Of a stretch of DNA of 24,918 bases, positions 16,742 to 24,918 are shown piece by piece (position 1 is the stretch's first letter; every line of letters starts with the position of its first letter). This DNA is from Campylobacterota bacterium. GTDB lineage: Bacteria > Campylobacterota > Campylobacteria > Campylobacterales > Sulfurovaceae. The stretch is from positions 1-24,918 of the forward strand of contig JAYEOM010000010.1 of NCBI GenBank assembly GCA_034722955.1, written 5' to 3'. The position numbers were made by a program, and so were the translations under genes. The notes beneath the pieces are model-generated. The model saw nothing but the letters and a program-made list of their open reading frames with translations. It had not been told where the DNA came from and ran no database searches.

Positions 16742-18964
16742 ATGAAAGTGATAATACTATTTTTGATGACATGCTGTATTTTTCTCTTCTCTTCTGATCA
16801 AGTTGATCAGTCGATGGGAGAGAATTCGCAACTATTGATGGCACTTCAAGTTGATCAGTTGATATCAGAAAATTCACGATTATTTATAGCACTTATTGTG
16901 CTGGTATTTGCCACTATTGGTATGGGGATCATCGCTTATCTATATTCAAGAAAGCTTAAAAAGCACTATAGTACTGCTTTAAAAACACAAGAGTCAGTAG
17001 ATAGTGATCAGACTAACCTGATTGCCAATATGAGTGAAGATATCTTTGATATTACCAAGGAGGCAATTGCCAAGCGTAATTATATTCTGGAAAACAGCAA
17101 AGGACAATCACTAGAGCGTGTTCTTTCAAAAGTTATTCATGTAGAGAATGTACTGCTCAATAGAACCAATGATTTGATTAGATTTTTGAGGCTTAAATCT
17201 GAAAAAGTCACAATTACCAATGAACTTTTCAATATCAATAATGTATTAAATGAAGTAGCAGGATTGGTAGCTATAGACTTTAAGGGTAGTAAAGTTGAGT
17301 TGATATTTGATATCGACAAGGAGGTTCCTAGATATTTGATCGGTGACTCTCTGCATCTTGAGCAGATTTTGACAACCCTGCTGAGCTATAGTATGTCGAT
17401 ATCTGATATTGGTGAGATTCGATTGGAAGTATCGATATTTTATACTTTTGAAGATAAAACAGAGCTGCAATTTCAAATTACCGATACAAGTGCAGGTATA
17501 GATCCGAGAAAGATGGAGGAGATCTTTGATTTGGATTATGATGAAGATAGTGGTGAGCATACAGGTCTTGGACTATTTGTCATCAATGAAATAGTAAGTC
17601 TGATGAGTGGGTCGTTAACTGTACAGAGTGCCTTAGGAAGAGGAAATGTCTTTACTATGGTTCTCCCTATGCAGCTTGCAGATGCAAAAAATAGAAGAAA
17701 ATATCGATTACCTGAAAAGATATTGACAACCAAGAAAGTTTTTATTGTTGATACTCACTACAACTCTGCATTGGCTGTCAAAAAAATGTTTGCCTACTTT
17801 AAACATGAAGTCAAAGTTTTTTCCAGAGAACAATTTATAAAAAATATACCAAATCTATCTGAGTATGATATTGTAGTTATAGAGAAAGATCTTTTTTCTC
17901 TTCAGGTAAGTGAGTATCTCAAAAAGATAAAAGCTAATAGAGAGTTTAAGGTTGTTGCGTTGAGTTCTGTATTGAGACCGATTGTTAACGATGCGGTCGA
18001 CAAGTTTGTCGATGCAAACTTGATGAAGCCGCTAAATCAAGAGAGAGTTTTTGAGTTGATTATCGATCTATATAAACTTGAAGATATAACACATGCTACT
18101 CCCGAAGAGGATGGTGGAGATTCTAAAGTTGTAAAGACTCACAGGGAAGCCATAGAGGAGACAAAAAATATTCAAAGAGAGCAGTTTTCTGACTTTAAGG
18201 GGAATAGACTGTTGATAGTGGAAGATAACTTTATAAATCAAAAAGTTTTGACAAATATATTGAGTAAATCCGGTATGGATATCTCTATCGCAAATAATGG
18301 TGAAGAGGCAGTAGTCAAGATAACTAGTTGTAAAAAGAATTTTGATATAGTTCTGATGGATATCAATATGCCTGTAATGGATGGATATACTGCTACAGAA
18401 CAGATACGAGCTACAGGAGCATTTGATGACTTGCCTATAGTCTCTTTTACTGCTTTGGTACTTGATAGTGAAGTACAGAAGATGTACAATGCAGGAATCA
18501 ATGCTTTCTTGGCAAAACCTCTGAATATAGGTAAACTCTACACAGCATTTGATATGTTTCTAAATGATAAAAAGCATATCGAGGTGCCAGAGATAACACC
18601 TAAGAGGGTTACGCAAGATTTGAAAGGTCTCAATATCAAAGAGGGAATTGAGCATGCCAGTGGAAGTGAAGCACTATATATAGAAGTTTTAAATGAGTTT
18701 TTATCTGCTTATGGGAGCAGTGGAGATCTGTTTGAGAGATTGGTCAGTGAGGGACGCTATGCACAAGTTAGAATGCTCTGTCTTGATATGAAAGGGTTGA
18801 CAGGTATGATAGGAGCAGAGGATATGCATTTAACTTCTGATAAAATCTATAAACTCTTTATCTACAACAATCAAGTACTCATTGAAGAGCATATAGAGGA
18901 GTATCAACGAGAGCTGAACAAATTAGTTCAGACTATTCAATTTTATATTGATAGTAAAGGGTAG
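16742..18964 (+). CDS. Degenerate hybrid histidine kinase-like protein (HisKA*-HATPase*-REC*-REC-HPt*), probable pseudokinase
   Basis: GDSLHLEQIL, ITDTSAGI, TGLGL (HATPase-like); intact REC LLIVEDN...VLMDINMPVMDG...AKPL; HPt-like MKGLTGMIGA. The conserved histidines are absent. Confidence 0.85.
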   Translation: MKVIILFLMTCCIFLFSSDQVDQSMGENSQLLMALQVDQLISENSRLFIALIVLVFATIGMGIIAYLYSRKLKKHYSTALKTQESVDSDQTNLIANMSEDIFDITKEAIAKRNYILENSKGQSLERVLSKVIHVENVLLNRTNDLIRFLRLKSEKVTITNELFNINNVLNEVAGLVAIDFKGSKVELIFDIDKEVPRYLIGDSLHLEQILTTLLSYSMSISDIGEIRLEVSIFYTFEDKTELQFQITDTSAGIDPRKMEEIFDLDYDEDSGEHTGLGLFVINEIVSLMSGSLTVQSALGRGNVFTMVLPMQLADAKNRRKYRLPEKILTTKKVFIVDTHYNSALAVKKMFAYFKHEVKVFSREQFIKNIPNLSEYDIVVIEKDLFSLQVSEYLKKIKANREFKVVALSSVLRPIVNDAVDKFVDANLMKPLNQERVFELIIDLYKLEDITHATPEEDGGDSKVVKTHREAIEETKNIQREQFSDFKGNRLLIVEDNFINQKVLTNILSKSGMDISIANNGEEAVVKITSCKKNFDIVLMDINMPVMDGYTATEQIRATGAFDDLPIVSFTALVLDSEVQKMYNAGINAFLAKPLNIGKLYTAFDMFLNDKKHIEVPEITPKRVTQDLKGLNIKEGIEHASGSEALYIEVLNEFLSAYGSSGDLFERLVSEGRYAQVRMLCLDMKGLTGMIGAEDMHLTSDKIYKLFIYNNQVLIEEHIEEYQRELNKLVQTIQFYIDSKG
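16799..16894 (+). repeat. 48-bp tandem duplication in the kinase N-terminus
   Basis: QVDQSMGENSQLLMAL / QVDQLISENSRLFIAL. Both units begin CAAGTTGATCAGT and end GCACTT. Confidence 0.8.
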
Positions 18965-18967
18965 TTA

Positions 18968-19717
18968 CTACTCTGTATAGAACTTCTCCTTCTCTTTGAG
19001 ATAATTAGATATTTTGTCAATATAGAGATTGTTCTTTCGATCTGATTGTTTTGCTGTGGTGGATCTACTGATGATATATATAGAGGTGACATTGTTAGTG
19101 ATCATCTGAAGAGTAAGTTTGATCTCTTGAGGAGAGGAGCCGAAACCAAATCCTGCTCTGCCTACTATCACTCCTGTCTCATCATCTCCCATCTTGATCT
19201 TACCAAATGTTAAATTTTCTATGGATCCCTTGGCCAATAAAAAAGAGAGATCTAGCGGAAGAATTAGCATGATTTCAGAGTGTACACCTTGTATGGTAGC
19301 CAACTCCTTGAGCCTTTTTTGAGTTTCGATAACTTCTGACATCTCATGTTGTGTATGTTGAGAGTACTCCTCTTTGGAGTTGTGGTGGACAATCCTATCC
19401 TCTTTAGGTTTGACATAGTGCTGCTCTTTGGCTAAATGATCCTCTTCACATTTATCATCCTCCGCTTTATGTTCATCCTCCTCTCTGTTTTCAGCCTTCT
19501 CTCTCTCTATTTTTTCAAGTAGAGGTGAGATCAGAAAAAAGAGTATGGAGAAAAATAGCGTTGCAGATATGCCAACACTAAATGCTGTCAATACAGCTAT
19601 TTGAAATGATTTGGTAAAAGAGTAATCTATCATTAAGTAGAAGATTGTACCACCCAAAGCAAGTATAGTTAGAGCTATTGTGAGCTTGATAAATATAGAT
19701 TTTACATAGTTTTTCAT
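18968..19717 (-). CDS. Hypothetical membrane protein (2 N-terminal TM helices, charged linker)
   Basis: 249-aa ORF just downstream of ftsY on the same strand. Confidence 0.7.
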   Translation of the reverse strand: MKNYVKSIFIKLTIALTILALGGTIFYLMIDYSFTKSFQIAVLTAFSVGISATLFFSILFFLISPLLEKIEREKAENREEDEHKAEDDKCEEDHLAKEQHYVKPKEDRIVHHNSKEEYSQHTQHEMSEVIETQKRLKELATIQGVHSEIMLILPLDLSFLLAKGSIENLTFGKIKMGDDETGVIVGRAGFGFGSSPQEIKLTLQMITNNVTSIYIISRSTTAKQSDRKNNLYIDKISNYLKEKEKFYTE

Positions 19718-19728
19718 AGCTGATCCCG

Positions 19729-20595
19729 TTATAAAAATATTTCATCTAAAATAGTATTGATATAGTCATTGGCTTTGAAGCGAATCATATCTTTGGGTTG
19801 CTCTCCTATACCGATATAGAAGATAGGCATTTTGAGTTCATCAGCAATACTGAGGACGGATCCCCCTTTGGCTGTACCATCGAGTTTTGTAATAATGATC
19901 CCATCTATGCCTATCATCGTATCAAAGGCTTTGGCTTGATTGATCGATGAGCTTCCCTGTGTTCCATCTAGTATCAGTAGTTTTCTATTTGGTGAACTCG
20001 CGATAGCTTTTCCTGCTACACGAATCATCTTCTTAAGCTCTTCGCTGAGGTTGGTTTGGGTGTGAAGTCTACCCGCCGTATCGATGATAACATGATCTAT
20101 CTCTTTGGCTTGTGCTGAAGTGATAGTATCATATACAACAGCTGATGGATCATGCCCCTGCTGGGTCGCTACAATAGGAATATTGAGTTTTTCCGCCCAA
20201 CGGACAAGCTGCTCTATAGCTGCCGCACGAAATGTATCACCCGCACCTAGTATGACACTCTTGCCATTTTGTTGATAGTGGTACGCAAGTTTTGAGATGG
20301 TTGTTGTTTTACCTGCACCATTGACACCTATGATCATCTCAACAAATGGTTTATCATCACTCTCTTTGAAGTCTGCCTTGTATTGAAATACAGAGATAAG
20401 TGAATTAAATGCTTGAATACGGGTAATCGTCTCCGGTAGACCCTCTAGTAGCTTCTCTACAAGTCCATAGTTGACATCTGATTCAAGTAATATATCCTCA
20501 AACTCCTCTCTTGAGATCTTTTTTTTCTTCTCTGTAGCGACCTCTTTGATCGCTTCATTGGTCTTTCCTAGAGCTTTTTTTAAAAAATTGAACAT
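19729..20595 (-). CDS. ftsY: Signal recognition particle receptor FtsY
   Basis: GVNGAGKTTT, DTFRAAA, DTAGR, TKLDGTAKGG. Confidence 0.98.
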   Translation of the reverse strand: MFNFLKKALGKTNEAIKEVATEKKKKISREEFEDILLESDVNYGLVEKLLEGLPETITRIQAFNSLISVFQYKADFKESDDKPFVEMIIGVNGAGKTTTISKLAYHYQQNGKSVILGAGDTFRAAAIEQLVRWAEKLNIPIVATQQGHDPSAVVYDTITSAQAKEIDHVIIDTAGRLHTQTNLSEELKKMIRVAGKAIASSPNRKLLILDGTQGSSSINQAKAFDTMIGIDGIIITKLDGTAKGGSVLSIADELKMPIFYIGIGEQPKDMIRFKANDYINTILDEIFL

Positions 20596-20607
20596 AGTTT
20601 TAAATCC

Positions 20608-21165
20608 TTATAGTTGTTTAATAGCTTGCTTGATCTCATACTCCATCATTTCGATAGGCATAGCACCCTCATAGTATCTATAGAGTTCTCCATCTATATA
20701 GAGTATAGTCAGAGGAGTAGGAAAATTACTGGGTAACTTCAATGACTTGATGATAGAGTTGATCAAGAGAGAGTTATCGGGTGCATCAGAGATAAAATAG
20801 TTACTGTTATATATCTCTGAGAGGTGATGAGCTTTGGTACGATTTTGATCATCATTTATAGTGACTCCTACTATAAATAACTCCTTTGTATAACTCTTTT
20901 GCAGTTGATTGAGTACATTGACTTCACCTCTGCATGGGGGAGACCAAGTTGCAAAAAAATTGATCAACAGAAGAGGTTTGTCGATATTTGCAGAGAGAGT
21001 TGTCTCATTCAATATAGTAATATTAAGATCCTCTTTATCTATGTTGGTCAATACAAAAGTATGCTTTTTCTCACTATCTTGACTATAATCTGCCCTTAGA
21101 AGTGTCACTGTAAGGATAATAAGAAAAAAATAAAGACTCTTCACAATATATATACCTTTGAGCAT
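20608..21165 (-). CDS. TlpA/ResA-like thioredoxin-fold protein with an SPPC motif
   Basis: LINFFATWSPPCRGE, N-terminal hydrophobic segment, cis-Pro region FPTP. Confidence 0.85.
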   Translation of the reverse strand: MLKGIYIVKSLYFFLIILTVTLLRADYSQDSEKKHTFVLTNIDKEDLNITILNETTLSANIDKPLLLINFFATWSPPCRGEVNVLNQLQKSYTKELFIVGVTINDDQNRTKAHHLSEIYNSNYFISDAPDNSLLINSIIKSLKLPSNFPTPLTILYIDGELYRYYEGAMPIEMMEYEIKQAIKQL

Positions 21166-21209
21166 AAATTAGAAGATTATATCTAACCTATTATAAATTA
21201 ATGATTTTA

Positions 21210-22070
21210 CTACTGTTTAAAAGCACCTCCTAGCATTCCTTTGATCGCTCCCTGCAGATCAGCAGGGTATATGACAAATTTAGAGTTTTCACTTTCACTC
21301 ATCTTTTCAAGTGAAGAGATATATCGATCTCCTAGCAGGAACATCGCCGGAAGTTCTTGTCCTTGGATAGAGTTGGATATTTGAGAGATAGCTTTGGCTG
21401 AAGCAGCAGCTAGAGCAACCTGTGCTTGTGCTTCTCTCTGAGCTGCGGCTAGTTTGCCGTCTGCTTCTAGAATGGCTGCATTTTTATTTCCTTCTGCTGT
21501 TGTCTCGATGGCTCGTCGCTCTCTCTCTGCGGCTGCTTGTCTCTCCATAGAGGCTTGCATGGATGGGCTAGGGTTGATATCTTGAATCTCGACTGATTTG
21601 ACTGTGACGCCCCAGTCGGAAACATCATCAATGATCTGCTCTTTGAGTTTGGCTTTGATGTGTTCTCTGTTGGAGAGGGCTTCATCTAGTTTCATCTCAC
21701 CCAAAATGGAACGCAGTGTAGTCATCACAAGTTGCTGAATAGCCATACTGAAATCTTCGACACCATAGATAGCATCTTGAGGTTTAGTGACGCGGATAAA
21801 AGCGATGGCGTTAGTGAGTATGACAGCATTGTCCTTGGTGATTACCTCTTGTTGTGGCACATCCAGAATGATATCTCTAGTAGAGATGCGTTTTCGTATG
21901 ACATCTAGATAGGGGATGATGATATTGAGACCGGGCTTGAGTGTACGGCTAAATTTACCCAACTTCTCTACAACCCACTCTTCACCTTGGGGAACGATAT
22001 TGATCCCTTTATATAGTGTAATAACAATACCTGCTGTAACTATAAGCAGTATAACTAATGGTGCTTCCAT
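21210..22070 (-). CDS. SPFH/band 7 stomatin-like protein (QmcA-like)
   Basis: IVPQGEEWVVEKLGKF, VPQQEVITKDN, TTLRSILGEMKLDE, AERERRA. Confidence 0.93.
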   Translation of the reverse strand: MEAPLVILLIVTAGIVITLYKGINIVPQGEEWVVEKLGKFSRTLKPGLNIIIPYLDVIRKRISTRDIILDVPQQEVITKDNAVILTNAIAFIRVTKPQDAIYGVEDFSMAIQQLVMTTLRSILGEMKLDEALSNREHIKAKLKEQIIDDVSDWGVTVKSVEIQDINPSPSMQASMERQAAAERERRAIETTAEGNKNAAILEADGKLAAAQREAQAQVALAAASAKAISQISNSIQGQELPAMFLLGDRYISSLEKMSESENSKFVIYPADLQGAIKGMLGGAFKQ

Positions 22071-22081
22071 AATATCTCCTT

Positions 22082-22543
22082 TTAAATATTGAGTGGAGCA
22101 ACTTCTATGAGTTGTCCATTGACTTCGATGATCTTGATACGAGTACCCTTTGGCAACTCGTAGTCAGAGGTTGCATGCCAATCACTGTTTCCCAAGACAG
22201 GGCTATCAAAAGTAACCTTCCCCCGTTTGTGAGGATGAATATCTCTCGTGACAGTACCCGGTGTATCAAATCTATAATCAGACTGCCCAGTATCCGAGAT
22301 GGTAGGTTGACTCTTAAACCATTTGAAAAGTGCTGTGATGATGAGGATAGATAGAGTGATCCAGAGTATAAGCTGATAGGTGAGTCCCATGGGAAAGATA
22401 AGGTCTGCAAGCCCTACTATCACAGCAGCAACACCCAAACCAAACGAGATAAAAGTCCCAGTAGCCATTTCACTAATGATCAGTACCAATCCCAGTATGA
22501 TCCAGTGCCACCAAACTATGGAGTCATTTAGATACTCTATCAT
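22082..22543 (-). CDS. NfeD-family membrane protein (YbbJ-like)
   Basis: ATG at 22543 after GAGGAGG. WWHWIILGLVLIISE, C-terminal OB fold. Lies directly upstream of the SPFH gene. Confidence 0.88.
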   Translation of the reverse strand: MIEYLNDSIVWWHWIILGLVLIISEMATGTFISFGLGVAAVIVGLADLIFPMGLTYQLILWITLSILIITALFKWFKSQPTISDTGQSDYRFDTPGTVTRDIHPHKRGKVTFDSPVLGNSDWHATSDYELPKGTRIKIIEVNGQLIEVAPLNI

Positions 22544-22606
22544 ATTATCCTCCTCATTGTACTTGACTATAGTTATTTTATCATAATATACCAATAAGAA
22601 AGATTA

Positions 22607-22615
22607 GGATATAAT
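22607..22615 (+). promoter_or_regulatory. Putative sigma70 -10 box of ilvC
   Basis: GGATATAAT (TATAAT 22610-22615), ~35 bp upstream of the ATG at 22649. Confidence 0.55.
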
Positions 22616-22645
22616 CGCGAAAATTTTTCATTTTAAAGGGAATAA

Positions 22646-23674
<1,029 letters not shown>

Positions 23675-23711
23675 AAGAGATGAAAGATATTTAACTCTTT
23701 CTCTCTCTTCT

Positions 23712-23731
23712 TGAACTCCTATGGGAGTTCA
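23712..23731. terminator. Perfect 8-bp hairpin after ilvC (terminator, or operator for the aquaporin gene)
   Basis: TGAACTCC-TATG-GGAGTTCA. No immediate U-tract. Confidence 0.35.
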
Positions 23732-23784
23732 TCCTCTAAATCATTTTTTCGATAAAATACTAATATATTATCAGAGAGTCATAG

Positions 23785-24471
23785 ATGAACAAAAAACAGG
23801 TTAGTGAATTTATAGGTACCTTTATCCTTGTTTTTGCAGGGTGTGGAGCTATCGTAGTAGAGAGTCTCACTGGAGCCATGGGGCATGTGGGTATCGCTCT
23901 TACTTTTGGGTTCGTGGTGACGGCTCTTATCTATACCTTTGGTCACATCAGCGGAGCTCACTTCAACCCTGCTGTGACACTATCATTTGCACTGATGGGT
24001 GAGTTTGAGAAGAGAGAGGTAGCGGGCTATATCGGCAGTCAGATAGCAGGTGCAGTTCTAGCGTGTCTCTTTTTGATGCTACTCTTTATCGAAGAGGGCA
24101 AGAGTGCAGGGGAGTTGGCATATTATGGTGCTACACTTCCAAGGGGCAGTGTATGGCAATCCTTTGGATTTGAGTTTATCCTTACATTTATACTTATGCT
24201 TGTTATCTACGGGAGTGCTGTTCACGGCAAGGCGGTCAAGAGCTTTGCAGGATTAGCTATAGGTCTGACGGTAGGGCTAGAGGCGATGTTCGCAGGACCA
24301 ATATGCGGTGCGAGTATGAACCCAGCTAGAAGCATAGCACCTGCTATAGTGAGTGGCAATATGGAGGCCCTATGGCTCTATATCATAGCCCCCATACTAG
24401 GTGCCGCAGTAGCTGGATTTGTCTTTGTCCATAGTATCAAATGTAAAAATGAAGCGGAGTGTAATTTATAA
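23785..24471 (+). CDS. MIP-family channel (aquaporin)
   Basis: SEFIGTF, HISGAHFNPAVT, GASMNPARS; six TM segments. Confidence 0.95.
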   Translation: MNKKQVSEFIGTFILVFAGCGAIVVESLTGAMGHVGIALTFGFVVTALIYTFGHISGAHFNPAVTLSFALMGEFEKREVAGYIGSQIAGAVLACLFLMLLFIEEGKSAGELAYYGATLPRGSVWQSFGFEFILTFILMLVIYGSAVHGKAVKSFAGLAIGLTVGLEAMFAGPICGASMNPARSIAPAIVSGNMEALWLYIIAPILGAAVAGFVFVHSIKCKNEAECNL

Positions 24472-24481
24472 AATACTCTTA

Positions 24482-24596
24482 GGCTACCCCAAGGAGATAA
24501 ACACACAAATAGCTATGGCTAGTCCTGCAAATTATATTTTGCAAATCTTACCCTCTTGGTGGCTTCTATTTGTCTGTTTATCTCCTTGGGGTAGCC
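24482..24596. mobile_element. 115-bp internally deleted MITE (copy 4), both TIRs and TTA duplication intact
   Basis: GGCTACCCCAAGGAGATAAACA...TGTTTATCTCCTTGGGGTAGCC. TTA at 24479-24481 and 24597-24599. The interior matches 1975-2025. Confidence 0.92.
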
Positions 24597-24628
24597 TTAT
24601 ATGCTTGAATACTTCGGTATATTGGATT

Positions 24629-24696
24629 GGGCAACCACAAGGGATTTGCCCCTACAGTGTGCAGTAAGTTGTAGGGGTATCCCCTTGTGGGTACCC
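24629..24696. repeat. Inverted pair of GTAG-type REP sequences (REPIN-like doublet)
   Basis: 24629-24655 read on the minus strand is GTAGGGGCAAATCCCTTGTGGTTGCCC; 24671-24696 on the plus strand is GTAGGGGTATCCCCTTGTGGGTACCC. Each is GTAG plus an imperfect palindrome. Confidence 0.78.
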
Positions 24697-24918
24697 TTGA
24701 TGTGTTGAGTGTTTCATTCAGCTACGCTTCACAAAATACTCAATAAGTTCCAACAAAAGAGTGCGTACACTCTGCAAATCATAATATCACTCCCAATAAA
24801 TCCATACCCAATCAAAGAATAACCGCAATTGCCCTATAATTAGGTATTAGAAGCAAAGAAGTTCCCTAAATACTTTCACCCATTCGGTGAAACTTCTTTG
24901 CAATTTAACACAGGAAGT

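Noticed and set aside
20930..20947. Selenocysteine at the TlpA active site
   Set aside because: The codon is TCT (Ser), not TGA.
22544..22594. N-terminal extension of NfeD in the ORF track
   Set aside because: A strong RBS precedes the ATG at 22543, and the extension overlaps the divergent promoter region.

Overview
Bacterial chromosomal segment, most likely Campylobacterota (Sulfurovum-like). This rests on IlvC/ArgD/FtsY style, TATAAT-type promoters and TlpA-ftsY-(...)-radA synteny as I recall it for Campylobacter. The first ~9.6 kb look accessory: the 3' end of an M28 peptidase, a DUF2310 Zn-ribbon gene, a putative macro/PARG-like gene interrupted by a 292-bp MITE, a DUF4240 gene, a hypothetical-flotillin(YqiK)-YqiJ cassette, and an NTT/TLC-like transporter-HEAT gene with a stand-alone cNMP-binding partner. 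The rest is mostly core: argD, TolC, MidA-type methyltransferase, CYTH-CHAD, thiS, acpS, radA, a hybrid kinase-like gene, ftsY, TlpA, SPFH/NfeD, ilvC and an aquaporin. Main observations: (1) a highly structured TTA/TAA-targeting MITE family in four versions, with co-varying terminal repeats and near-complementary apical loops, one copy cleanly splitting a gene; (2) a hybrid 'kinase' that has lost both phospho-His residues and the N-box Asn but keeps one intact receiver; (3) an NTT-HEAT plus cNMP module; (4) a GTAG REP doublet. All family calls come from motif recognition, not database searches.
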